Part shown: piece by piece, positions 10,205-18,988 of the stretch
Numbering within the stretch: position 1 is the first letter of the stretch
Layout of the letters: each line of letters opens with the position of its first letter
Assembly (NCBI GenBank): GCA_015069335.1
Contig: SVIU01000001.1
Span: forward strand, 1,180 to 65,179
Source: Clostridiales bacterium
GTDB taxonomy: Bacteria; Bacillota; Clostridia; Christensenellales; UBA1242
Direction of reading: 5' to 3'
Length of the DNA stretch: 64,000 nt
The notes under the pieces: model-generated
What the model was told of the DNA's origin: nothing
Seen by the model: only the letters and a program-made list of their open reading frames with translations
The model's database searches: none
Position numbers and translations under genes: made by a program

Positions 10205-10797
10205 CTTGATATTAAATAATTAGAAGGCAGTACTTTAAGTAAACCTTGCGACATAGGTTCGGTTGGATTTCCCACTTGATAAGACTTTTTGTCACCAAAA
10301 AGCAGTTTCCTTTTAACCACAAGCAATCACCGAATCGCCACTAAGAGCGCACTATAATCCTTAAAATACAAGACTCATGCATTAGAGTCAACAGCCTAGA
10401 GGTTTTCCCAAACACTATTGTTTGTCCTTAGCTTGTTTTGCAAGTGCTGTTTCAATAACATGATTGCCCATAGGTATGGCCACTACCTTATAGACAACTT
10501 AATACCGCTATATCCCCAAACATTCACTCAAAGCAGGCTACGCTGCACACAATTTTTGTCGTATGCAGGTTCACGCCTAAATGATAAAAGTGCTTATATG
10601 GACTTTCACCAAGATAGGTCTCCACGATAATTGGGGTCAAAGCCATATGCCGTTATGGCCCTCCCAAAAATCTTAACTCTCAGCATCCGCCCCAGTTTGG
10701 GCAACCAAAGCAAACACCAAGAACTTCACAGATGTGCCCGTCGACGCTATAAGACTCGTCTTCCAGACAAACTCCAATGACTAGGATACTGCACCTT
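10171..10797 (-). ncRNA. Large structured non-coding RNA, probable OLE (ornate, large, extremophilic) RNA
   Basis: The 731-nt gap has no credible ORF and is visibly more G+C-rich than its flanks. It carries many local helices, for example 10372-10389, 10543-10568 and 10642-10659. It has its own promoter and terminal hairpin. The synteny nusB-xseA-xseB-[RNA]-[4-TM protein]-argR-recN matches the published OLE/oapA context. Ends are approximate. Confidence 0.6.
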
Positions 10798-10804
10798 CAG
10801 TATT

Positions 10805-10833
10805 ATAATAACACAAAACAATAAAAAAATCAA
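10805..10833 (-). promoter_or_regulatory. Putative sigma-A promoter of the long ncRNA
   Basis: Minus strand reads TTGATT (10828-10833), a 17-nt spacer, then TATTAT (10805-10810). The -35 overlaps the U-tract of the xseB terminator. Confidence 0.4.
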
Positions 10834-10864
10834 GTCTTTTGGTCTTTAAAACAAAACTCTTGAT
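10822..10864 (-). terminator. Intrinsic terminator of xseB
   Basis: Imperfect stem ATCAAG..TTTTGG / ACAAAA..CTTGAT (10829-10864), followed on the minus strand by a 7-nt T-run (plus A-run 10823-10829). Confidence 0.6.
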
Positions 10865-10875
10865 TTTTTTAATAA

Positions 10876-11079
10876 TTATAATTCTTCTTCTTGCAAGCCT
10901 TCAAGGCGTTCTCTAATAACAGTAATTTTGCCTTTTGCCTCATTAAAGCTTTTTAAAAGCTCTTCACATAGCACTGCACCTCTTTCAAAAAGATTTGTAG
11001 CGTCATCAAATTTAACATCGCCGGTCTCAAGTTTTTGTATTATTTGTTCTAACTCTTTTAAATTTTGTTCGTAATTCAT
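10876..11079 (-). CDS. xseB: Exodeoxyribonuclease VII small subunit
   Basis: 67 aa helical protein (LKELEQIIQKLETGDV...LFERG) overlapping the xseA stop by 4 nt. Confidence 0.9.
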   Translation of the reverse strand: MNYEQNLKELEQIIQKLETGDVKFDDATNLFERGAVLCEELLKSFNEAKGKITVIRERLEGLQEEEL

Positions 11080-12260
11080 AAATTCTCCTTATTTTTTACT
11101 ATCGCTTCTATTTTGCCGTCTTTTAGGCAAATTTGCACATTGTCGTTTATATCTACATCATTTACACTCACAACATATTTATCTTTGTTTTTAAGGCTTG
11201 CATAGCCAAGCTTTAAAACCTCTTGCGGATTCAATTTTTTCAACAGTTCAATTTTGTGCAATAGTTCAGTTTGTTTTTGGCTTATATACGAGCTTGCATT
11301 TTTATTAAAGCCCACAATACAGTCATTTAAATATGTTTTATTTTGCTCTTCAATATATTTAATTGAGTTATTTAAAATTGCCAAATTGTCTAATATATTA
11401 AATTTTTCATTTTCTAAATATCTGTCAATCTTTTCAGATAGCAGTTTTGATAATGTTTTAACAGTTTGCTTTAAATCAGAAACATTTTGACAAAGTAGCT
11501 CAGCCGCAGCACTTGGCGTTGGAGCACGCAAATCACTGCAAAAATCAATTATAGTAAAGTCAGTTTCGTGACCTACGGCTGACACAATTGGCTTTTTGCA
11601 ATTATATGTTGCATTTGCCACAACTTCGGTGTTAAATGGCTGCAAATCTTCAAACGAGCCACCACCACGAGCCACAACAATAACATCCACATTGTAATCA
11701 TCTAAAACTTGAATACCCTTTGCAATTTCATATTCCGCATTTACGCCTTGCACTTTAACAGGATATAGCACAATATCAATTGCTGGGTTTCGCCTTGTTC
11801 TAACATTAATAATATCTTGTATAACTGCACCGCCCTCGCTGGACACAACGCCAATGCGTTGTATATTGCTTGGCATTGGAATTTTATGCTCTGGATTAAA
11901 ATAACCTTTTTGTTCCAAATTTGCTTTTAACTCTAAAAATTTTTGAAAAATCAAATTTTGACCGTAAGCCTCAATTCTTACGACATTAAAGTTTAGCTTG
12001 CCACCCTTTACATAATATCTAGGTGTGCCAACAACCATCACACTGTCGCCATTTTTAAAGTTTGAAAAAGCGTCTGCCGTAAAGCACACGCAAGAAAGGG
12101 TACTCGCATCATCTTTTAGTGTGAAATACGCAGTACCCCTAACATTTGACCAACCAAAGATTTCACCATAGACACTAACGTTGTGCAATAATTCTTCCAC
12201 ATCAAAAATTTGTTTGATGTATGTGCTAAGTTGTGTTACGGTTACGGGCTTAATTGACAT
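11076..12260 (-). CDS. xseA: Exodeoxyribonuclease VII large subunit
   Basis: 394 aa. N-terminal OB fold (VSVYGEI...) and catalytic core (RGGGSFEDL, GHETDFTI). Confidence 0.9.
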   Translation of the reverse strand: MSIKPVTVTQLSTYIKQIFDVEELLHNVSVYGEIFGWSNVRGTAYFTLKDDASTLSCVCFTADAFSNFKNGDSVMVVGTPRYYVKGGKLNFNVVRIEAYGQNLIFQKFLELKANLEQKGYFNPEHKIPMPSNIQRIGVVSSEGGAVIQDIINVRTRRNPAIDIVLYPVKVQGVNAEYEIAKGIQVLDDYNVDVIVVARGGGSFEDLQPFNTEVVANATYNCKKPIVSAVGHETDFTIIDFCSDLRAPTPSAAAELLCQNVSDLKQTVKTLSKLLSEKIDRYLENEKFNILDNLAILNNSIKYIEEQNKTYLNDCIVGFNKNASSYISQKQTELLHKIELLKKLNPQEVLKLGYASLKNKDKYVVSVNDVDINDNVQICLKDGKIEAIVKNKENL

Positions 12261-12681
12261 TTAACTCCTCTACCACCGATTTTAAAATTCCATTAACAAA
12301 AGAATAACTTTTTTCAGTAGAATATTTTTTTGCAATTTCTACAGCTTCGTTAATTACAACCTTATAAGGTGTTTGTCCATAAAATTTTATCTCGGTAACA
12401 GCAAGCTCCATAATTGCCCTGTCAATTTTGAAAACACGATCAGGCGTATAGCCAGAAAGCTTGCTGTTTATAATTTGCTGAATGTCTTGTTTGTTTTGAG
12501 CATACAAGTTTATTAAGTCGGTTATAAATTTGTTGTCTTCTTCAAATTCTTTATCTAATTCTGGAGTGATATTTTCTGCTTCTAAAATTTCTTCAAAAGT
12601 CAAGTCATCTTTTAAAAAATAACTTTTGTAAATAATTTTAAAAGCCACTTCTCTTGCTAATTTACGCATTGATACTTCCAT
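12250..12681 (-). CDS. nusB: Transcription antitermination factor NusB
   Basis: 143 aa. RKLAREVAFKIIY N-terminus and typical NusB C-terminal helices (FVNGILKSV). Confidence 0.9.
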   Translation of the reverse strand: MEVSMRKLAREVAFKIIYKSYFLKDDLTFEEILEAENITPELDKEFEEDNKFITDLINLYAQNKQDIQQIINSKLSGYTPDRVFKIDRAIMELAVTEIKFYGQTPYKVVINEAVEIAKKYSTEKSYSFVNGILKSVVEELNVN

Positions 12682-13048
12682 CCTCTTGTTGTTTTAAAAA
12701 GTTTACACCCATGATGTGAACATTGATTTTTCCTGTTTTAAGTTCTACCATTGATGCAATATTGTTTTTTATGTTTTCTTGAATTCTAAAGCAAATGTCA
12801 GACACATTTACACCAGCAAAAACTTTGATATATACATCAATTGTTACTTTGCCGTTTGGAGCAATTTTTATCATAACGCCTTTGCTGTCATATTTATTAA
12901 AGATTCTTTTAAATAGTAAAGATGGAGTGTCAACCAATTCGCTAACGCCACTAATTTCTTTTGTTGCAAGACTGATAATAGATAGCAAAATACGTTTGTC
13001 GCAAGTGATTTTGCCTTTGTTGTTTGTCATATCCTGAAATTGTACCAT
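12662..13048 (-). CDS. Asp23/Gls24 family envelope stress protein
   Basis: ISLATKEISGV and VNVHIMGV patterns of the Asp23 family. The start was chosen at the ATG 13046-13048, 7 nt after GCGAGG. The ORF-track start at 13087 is probably too long. Confidence 0.8.
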   Translation of the reverse strand: MVQFQDMTNNKGKITCDKRILLSIISLATKEISGVSELVDTPSLLFKRIFNKYDSKGVMIKIAPNGKVTIDVYIKVFAGVNVSDICFRIQENIKNNIASMVELKTGKINVHIMGVNFLKQQEDGSINA

Positions 13049-13126
13049 AAAAAAACCTCGCTTTTTTGTGATTATATCACACAGCAAGGTTGTTTTGCAA
13101 TTATTTTTTACAATATCAAATAATTT

Positions 13127-13603
13127 TTACTCAACTGGTGTAATTTGAATGTTATCAATACCCGCATTTGTTTGCTCTTTTATTATTGACACAATTTGAG
13201 CAACTTCACTGCTTGTAAGAGTTGCGTCTGTGCATTTTACTGTGATTTTAACATTTGGATCAAGTTTTGTAACAATGCAATCTTCAAAACCTTTTGCTTT
13301 TATTAAGCCTTCGATAACAAGCTCGCTGCTCATTTGCTCTACTAAAGCAAGTTTTTTTGTTTCTGCTTGTTTTTTAGCATCGGCACTTGATGATTCACTT
13401 GCAATAATTGCATCATAATACAACAATTCTTGATCTCTTGTAGACTGACGGTCTGCCCTATAGGTGGTGAAATAATTTGCCGTTGTGATTGTATTGGTTT
13501 GAGTTTGCGTTGTTTTGTTGTTAAGGGCAATATTTAAATAACCAGTTACTCCCAACAATAGAACCATACCTATTAAAATAAATACTTTTGTCTTCTTTTT
13601 CAT
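13127..13603 (-). CDS. spoIIIAH: Stage III sporulation protein AH
   Basis: N-terminal TM plus YscJ/FliF-like C-terminal domain. Last gene of an eight-gene spoIIIA operon. Confidence 0.8.
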   Translation of the reverse strand: MKKKTKVFILIGMVLLLGVTGYLNIALNNKTTQTQTNTITTANYFTTYRADRQSTRDQELLYYDAIIASESSSADAKKQAETKKLALVEQMSSELVIEGLIKAKGFEDCIVTKLDPNVKITVKCTDATLTSSEVAQIVSIIKEQTNAGIDNIQITPVE

Positions 13604-13669
13604 TTTTTAAACTCCTTTTAATGCTAATTTAATATATTCTTATAAACTTGACTGTATGATAACTTTTTA

Positions 13670-14242
13670 TTAATTTTGTGCTCCAACCAAAATTTCGACA
13701 TTACTATCACTGACATCTAGTAGAGTTTCAATTGCCCTTGCAATGTTTAATTTGATTTGCGCATTGTTTGCACCTTGAGCTACAACAACAACTCCAACAA
13801 TTTTTGGATATGTCGATTTGATAACAAGCGGTGTTTGTTTGCCATTTATTGATACCATAACAACCTTTTCATCAATTGTTGTTTTTGTGTTTGTGCTATT
13901 GCCAGATTGCGAAGTGGTTGTAACCTCTTCACTCTCAGTCGCATATTCATAATTCATTCCACCGTCAAGCGTTATCATCGCACTGACCTTGCCAACACCA
14001 TTTATATCGTCTAATACTTCAATCAGCTTGTTTTCTAGATATTGAGCATATTGCTGTGAGTTAAACTCGCTGCTATTTGGCAACTCTGTGCTTTTTTTTG
14101 AGGAACTTGATGAAATATATATCAAAATCAAGACAATAACAAAAATTCCAATCACCAATAGTCCAATGTGCTTTATATTTTTCAGTTTTTGTAAAAATGG
14201 GATTTTGTCCCATATTGACTTTTTAGGTTCTTTTTCACTCAT
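13670..14242 (-). CDS. spoIIIAG: Stage III sporulation protein AG
   Basis: N-terminal TM, C-terminal ring-forming domain (VGVVVVAQGA). Operon position. Confidence 0.85.
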   Translation of the reverse strand: MSEKEPKKSIWDKIPFLQKLKNIKHIGLLVIGIFVIVLILIYISSSSSKKSTELPNSSEFNSQQYAQYLENKLIEVLDDINGVGKVSAMITLDGGMNYEYATESEEVTTTSQSGNSTNTKTTIDEKVVMVSINGKQTPLVIKSTYPKIVGVVVVAQGANNAQIKLNIARAIETLLDVSDSNVEILVGAQN

Positions 14243-14714
14243 AAAAAACTATCTTCTCCTTATCAATATTTAATATGTCAACAACTATCTCCACCACCTC
14301 CGTTTGTATATTTATATTTGGCTTTTCAGCGTTTATGACTGCATTATATAAGTCGACATAAACAGCGTTTATTTGCATATCTGTTTCAAAAATATTTGCA
14401 GAAATTGTTACCGTTACACCATATATTTCATGCTCGGTTAACTCATTGTTAATATCTAGCGTCCATTTGTCCAACTTTGCTTGATTGGTGTTGTAAATGT
14501 ATTCATCTTGCGTTTCAAATTCTACCATAGAAAAAACGTCATCAAAACTAAAACCGTTTTTAAGCAATGACCCAACCGGCATCAACACAACCAAAACAAT
14601 CACATATGAAAACACATTTTTAATGCTTGAATTTGTCTTGCCTTCCGGCAAAAATAAATCTACAACAACCGAAAGCAAACAAACTCCGGCAATGCTAAGC
14701 ACCCAAGCAGACAT
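14235..14714 (-). CDS. spoIIIAF: Stage III sporulation protein AF
   Basis: Two N-terminal TM helices plus a soluble domain. Operon position between AE and AG. Confidence 0.8.
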   Translation of the reverse strand: MSAWVLSIAGVCLLSVVVDLFLPEGKTNSSIKNVFSYVIVLVVLMPVGSLLKNGFSFDDVFSMVEFETQDEYIYNTNQAKLDKWTLDINNELTEHEIYGVTVTISANIFETDMQINAVYVDLYNAVINAEKPNINIQTEVVEIVVDILNIDKEKIVFYE

Positions 14715-14727
14715 TATAACTCCTTTG

Positions 14728-15915
14728 TTAAATTAAATTTGTACTGCACATTATAAGGCCAATCATCAAAAAGTACATAAATGCTACTCCCAAAATCAAG
14801 GCTGTTAAAAGTTGAATTGACTTTGCAATGCTTGCAACAAAATTGCTTACTCTAGAATCAGCAATAGGCTCCAAGATTGCTGCTGCTAGCTTTAACAAAA
14901 AGCCAAACACTATAATTTTTATAACTGGCGAAAGCACTGTGCAGAACAAAAGCATAAGGCCACCCACACCAACTGCATTTTTGATTAAAACTCCTGATAA
15001 TGAAATCAGACCAACACCATCAGATAAGAACCCACCAACATATGGAACTGCACTTTTTATTGTATATTTAGTGGCCTTAATCGAAATTGTATCAACGCTT
15101 CCAGCCATTAGCCCTTGAATTGATACAAATGCAGAAAATAGTGTCAAAACAATGCCCATCAACCACTTAAAAGCCGATCTAAAAAAGTCGGCAAACTTGT
15201 TGAATTTTATATTTGTTGTTAAGTTGGAAATTATTGTAAATACCAACATAAAACTAAAAATTGGAAGAAGCACATTGGTAAAAATTGAAACAACAGTACC
15301 TGATAGCATTGCCATTGCAGGTTGATACACACCAACCGAAACACTTGTACCAAGCGACGTTAAAACTGTTAACAAAATTGGAAATACTGCATCCATTTGC
15401 TTTTTAACACTGCTTAATGCGCCACCAACCAGTGCTAGTATATGAGATACAAAAAATACAACAATTACAACAATAGCACCATAACAAACAAAATGGACAA
15501 CATCACCAATGCTTTTGTTCTTGCTACCCTTTGCACTACTAACCATGCTATACAACACTGCAATTGCAATTATTAAGCACATATATGGCAAAAAGTTTAG
15601 AACATCATCTAAAAATATATTTAAAAGATAATCAATAAATGTTTTTGAATCTAAAGCTATTTCGCCATTAATAATCTGCGAAACCTTTGCCTTAAAGCTA
15701 TCACCAGCAAAAATAGAGTCATCATTTACCAATTCTTGCAACATTTGATCTAGTTGACTCATATCAAGGCTATTAAGTTGCTGGTCTATATTTTCTTGTA
15801 ATTCTTGTTCTACTTCGACATTATTTTCTTCCGCATAACAATATTGCCTATTTGAAAAAATTGGTAAAGTGAAAACAATTATAAATATTAACAAAAAACA
15901 AATATTTTTTCTCAC
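14728..15915 (-). CDS. spoIIIAE: Stage III sporulation protein AE
   Basis: 395 aa, signal peptide plus polytopic permease-like body. Operon position. Confidence 0.9.
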   Translation of the reverse strand: MRKNICFLLIFIIVFTLPIFSNRQYCYAEENNVEVEQELQENIDQQLNSLDMSQLDQMLQELVNDDSIFAGDSFKAKVSQIINGEIALDSKTFIDYLLNIFLDDVLNFLPYMCLIIAIAVLYSMVSSAKGSKNKSIGDVVHFVCYGAIVVIVVFFVSHILALVGGALSSVKKQMDAVFPILLTVLTSLGTSVSVGVYQPAMAMLSGTVVSIFTNVLLPIFSFMLVFTIISNLTTNIKFNKFADFFRSAFKWLMGIVLTLFSAFVSIQGLMAGSVDTISIKATKYTIKSAVPYVGGFLSDGVGLISLSGVLIKNAVGVGGLMLLFCTVLSPVIKIIVFGFLLKLAAAILEPIADSRVSNFVASIAKSIQLLTALILGVAFMYFLMIGLIMCSTNLI

Positions 15916-16301
15916 GGCAATATCTCAACAATAATATCTATCAAACTTGTGATAATAGGCAAACTCACAATCAAAATAGTAATTTTTCCGGCAAAACCAA
16001 TTATGTCTGACAATGTAGAATTGCCAGCATTGCAACAAATTGAACTTGAAAATTCTGTTAGATAACCAATGCCAACGATTTTTAGTATCAAACCAAAAAG
16101 ACCGGTATTAATACCCGTTTTTTCTGCAAATGAAGTCATTGTTGAAATAACATTCATTAGCCCATCCACGCACATAAAAAGCATAATTACAGCGCCAATT
16201 AAACTAACAAAAATGGCAATATCCGGCTTTAGTGGTTTGATAATTAAATAGCAAATGAGTGTTAATAAACACACTCCCACAATTTTAAAAATTTCACTCA
16301 A
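15912..16301 (-). CDS. spoIIIAD: Stage III sporulation protein AD
   Basis: 129-aa 4-TM protein (IVGIGYLTEF). Operon position. Confidence 0.9.
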   Translation of the reverse strand: MSEIFKIVGVCLLTLICYLIIKPLKPDIAIFVSLIGAVIMLFMCVDGLMNVISTMTSFAEKTGINTGLFGLILKIVGIGYLTEFSSSICCNAGNSTLSDIIGFAGKITILIVSLPIITSLIDIIVEILP

Positions 16302-16309
16302 AAATTACC

Positions 16310-16504
16310 TCACAAACCAAACATAGTTTTTATTGTTTCAAACAATTGAAAAACAACATCCAGAACCATCATTAAAACAACAATAATGCCAGCAAGCGTT
16401 GCAAATGTGGCGAAATCATCTTTGCCGGAATTTTTTAAAATTTGGTGCACGACTGCAGTCAAAATACCAACCCCCGCAATTTTTAAAATAAGTTCAACCC
16501 CCAT
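16310..16504 (-). CDS. spoIIIAC: Stage III sporulation protein AC
   Basis: 64-aa 2-TM protein (ILKIAGVGILTAV). Operon position. Confidence 0.9.
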   Translation of the reverse strand: MGVELILKIAGVGILTAVVHQILKNSGKDDFATFATLAGIIVVLMMVLDVVFQLFETIKTMFGL

Positions 16505-16515
16505 AAAACATCCCC

Positions 16516-17013
16516 TTAAATAAAAATAATTGCAATAAGTAAACCAAAAATTATGCTAAGTTTTACATACAACGGACAGTATTTTTTGCAGTCTTTATTG
16601 CTTACATCATAAAACTCTCGCACCTTAAATAAAAAATTATCAATTGTTTGAACTTGGTTAAAGACATCGCTTTTCCCCAACCCTTGCAAAAAGGCAAAAA
16701 TAACGTCTTTTTCTTGCTCGTATAAAATATTAATCCCTTTAAAAACTTCGTTTTTATTCAGTTGCCCATTTTGGGTTAAAAGACTTGTAAAATTTGTAAG
16801 AAGCATAGTTAAATTTTTGTTTTTAACAGTTTTTAATTCTGCATTTAAAGCAGTTAAGAGCTTGCTTTTGTTAAAACTTATGTCAACCTTAAATACAACA
16901 AAAAATGATTCTAAACAATAAAAGAATTTTTTTCTATCTGAATAATTTTTTGATAGGCCATACCCTATTGCACCGCACAAAGCAACAAGAAGAATAACCA
17001 TTATTATTTTCAT
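16516..17013 (-). CDS. spoIIIAB: Stage III sporulation protein AB
   Basis: 165 aa, TM at both ends with a GspF-like helical middle. Operon position. Confidence 0.8.
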   Translation of the reverse strand: MKIIMVILLVALCGAIGYGLSKNYSDRKKFFYCLESFFVVFKVDISFNKSKLLTALNAELKTVKNKNLTMLLTNFTSLLTQNGQLNKNEVFKGINILYEQEKDVIFAFLQGLGKSDVFNQVQTIDNFLFKVREFYDVSNKDCKKYCPLYVKLSIIFGLLIAIIFI

Positions 17014-17924
17014 ATAGCACCGCCGTAAATTCTTGTTAGGTTCTCTCTATATACTCCATCAATTGTTCCCGCGCCATTTTCTTTGGACAATACAATGTAT
17101 CTTTTAAAATATTTATTTTCTAAAAATTTTTGAAAATATGGTTTTGTTTTTAAATCTTCTATGCTACTTGCATGCATTGTCGCAACAACTTTAACTCCAC
17201 AATTTAAGGCATATTCCAGTGCGTCAAAATCATCTTTTGCCCCGAGTTCATCAGTTACAATAACGTCTGGCGACATACTTCGCAAACCAAATAAGATTGA
17301 ATCTTTTTTATTTAAAAAGCATATGCTATCGCAAAAATTACCCAAATTTATGGCATTGTTTCCGCCAGTAATTTCACCACGCTCATCAGCTATGAAAAAG
17401 TTGTATGGATAATTATGATTTGAAAACTGATACACAATATCTCTTAGCATTGTTGTTTTACCAGCACCGGGTGGCGAAATTATTAATGTATTATTAATGT
17501 TTCCGCCGTTTAAAATTTGATTAAAAATTGGCAGAGCTGCGTTTTTAATTAGATGAGGTATTCTAATGCAAACCGAGTTGAACTCATTGATTGTTTTTAT
17601 AGCATCTTCCACAACGGCATTTCCGCAAATACCAATCCTTATTCCACCCTCAAGCGTTAAAAAACCTTGCTTGATTTGTTCGTTTACAGAATATATTGAG
17701 TAGTCGCTTGCTTTAAAAACAATATTGCTTATTAAATCCTTTGTGGCATATATAGCCTGATTTGCATTGCTACAAACACCATACTCACCTAAAAAATATG
17801 GCTTTGAATTGCAAATAACAACAATCGGCTTGCTGGCTCTTAGCCTAATTTCATTAATTTCTCTTTCATTATGTTTTAATAGGAGTGAATTATATATTTC
17901 TTTTTGTAAAATTTTTTGAAGCAT
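17010..17924 (-). CDS. spoIIIAA: Stage III sporulation protein AA (secretion-type ATPase)
   Basis: Walker A SPPGAGKTT and Walker B VIVTDELG. First gene of the spoIIIA operon. GGAGGG SD. Confidence 0.9.
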   Translation of the reverse strand: MLQKILQKEIYNSLLLKHNEREINEIRLRASKPIVVICNSKPYFLGEYGVCSNANQAIYATKDLISNIVFKASDYSIYSVNEQIKQGFLTLEGGIRIGICGNAVVEDAIKTINEFNSVCIRIPHLIKNAALPIFNQILNGGNINNTLIISPPGAGKTTMLRDIVYQFSNHNYPYNFFIADERGEITGGNNAINLGNFCDSICFLNKKDSILFGLRSMSPDVIVTDELGAKDDFDALEYALNCGVKVVATMHASSIEDLKTKPYFQKFLENKYFKRYIVLSKENGAGTIDGVYRENLTRIYGGAI

Positions 17925-17987
17925 ATTCCCTCCTTTTATCGTAAGATATTTGCATATAAATTTTAAAATTCACTTTTTACAAAATGA

Positions 17988-18047
17988 CATAAAAAAAGAC
18001 AAATCATATTGATTTGTCTTTGTAAAAAAAAGAACTCAAAAGAGTTC
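17988..18047 (-). terminator. Two tandem intrinsic terminators
   Basis: Minus strand: GAACTC-TTTT-GAGTTC + T8 (18024-18047), then AAAGACAAATC-N6-GATTTGTCTTT + T-run (about 17988-18021). They separate the Zn-ribbon genes from spoIIIAA. Confidence 0.75.
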
Positions 18048-18058
18048 AATTTTTAATC

Positions 18059-18460
18059 TTATAAAATTCCTTCTAATAAAACCAAAGGTAAAACTGTGTA
18101 CATCATAAATGCAATAGCGGCAAGAATGATACCCGCAATACCCAAGCCTTTACCAGCTAGCTTTTTCTTCGCAGCTACACAAGTACCAACAATTGAAAGT
18201 ACCAAGCCTGCTCCAGCCAAAATGTAAACTAGATAAGATAGGATGAATGGCATTCCTAATACAACCGATGGTGCGAATGATTGAATAGCTACAAAAATTA
18301 GACCTAACAAGCTAAGCACAAAACCTGCAACTGCGCATCCACTTTTTTTATTTGAAGCTGGAGCTGCTGTGGTTTTTGCACCTTCTACAGGACAACCACA
18401 GTTTACACATACTACTGCATCATCATCAACTTCTTTACCACAATGTTGACAAAACTTCAT
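18059..18460 (-). CDS. Zinc-ribbon / DUF4190-like small membrane protein
   Basis: MKFCQHCGKEV...CVNCGCPV zinc ribbon followed by TM helices. The start at 18458-18460 is preceded by GGAGGGGG. The ORF-track start at 18586 has no SD. Confidence 0.7.
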   Translation of the reverse strand: MKFCQHCGKEVDDDAVVCVNCGCPVEGAKTTAAPASNKKSGCAVAGFVLSLLGLIFVAIQSFAPSVVLGMPFILSYLVYILAGAGLVLSIVGTCVAAKKKLAGKGLGIAGIILAAIAFMMYTVLPLVLLEGIL

Positions 18461-18578
18461 ATTTCCCCCTCCTTTTTTTAATGTCATAATTACATTATGC
18501 TCTTTAAAATTATATAAGTCAAACAATTTTCGCACTTTTATTATAATTTTGTCGATAAATGATATTTTTTTGATAAAA

Positions 18579-18971
18579 TTAATCAAATATAGATGAAAGC
18601 ATCATTATAAACCATACAAAATACGCAGTTATGCAGAATGTTATAATGCTAATTACCAATCCAACAATTGCAAATGCAAGACCTTTGCCTCTTTTTTTGC
18701 CGGTTTTGCCAATTCCAATGCTTGAAAAAACTAAACCTATAATTGAAAATACAAAACCAATATATAAAGAATATTCAAAAATGGAATTTGTAAGACATAA
18801 TACACCGGCAAGCAATGCAAAAACAAAACCTAATATTGCGCAAACACTAAATTTTCTTGGTTTTTCAATTGAGGTGTTGATTGTTGTGTCTTGATTAATA
18901 GCATTGCCACACGCTGGGCATATTATTGCTTCATCATGCAACTGATTTCCACATTTATTACAAAATTTCAT
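18579..18971 (-). CDS. Zinc-ribbon / DUF4190-like small membrane protein (paralog)
   Basis: MKFCNKCGNQL...CPACGN zinc ribbon plus TM helices. Same architecture as the neighbouring gene. Confidence 0.7.
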   Translation of the reverse strand: MKFCNKCGNQLHDEAIICPACGNAINQDTTINTSIEKPRKFSVCAILGFVFALLAGVLCLTNSIFEYSLYIGFVFSIIGLVFSSIGIGKTGKKRGKGLAFAIVGLVISIITFCITAYFVWFIMMLSSIFD

Positions 18972-18988
18972 AGTATTTATTCCTTTTA

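Noticed and set aside
10111-10630. ORF-track entries 10111..10326 (-, 71 aa) and 10418..10630 (+, 70 aa) inside the xseB to 4-TM gene gap.
   Set aside because: Neither has an SD or protein-like composition. One overlaps the real start of the 4-TM gene, and both lie within the structured RNA. They are treated as chance ORFs.
10320-10800. Possible RNase P RNA: the minus strand contains GGTGAAAGTCCAT, close to the universal GAGGAAAGUCC P4 strand, and a complementary ATGGCTTT.
   Set aside because: The complementary ATGGCTTT lies about 40 nt upstream of GAAAGTCC, not about 300 nt downstream. The two therefore form a local bulged hairpin rather than the long-range P4 pseudoknot. I found no ACAGAA-type 3' strand, and the locus is not a known rnpB position. 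OLE fits the synteny and length far better.
17925-17990. A sporulation (sigma-E/G type) promoter upstream of spoIIIAA, and other forespore or mother-cell promoters before spoIVB, spoIIM and the dac gene.
   Set aside because: I could not find convincing matches to the -35/-10 consensus by eye in these AT-rich leaders. Calling them would be guesswork.
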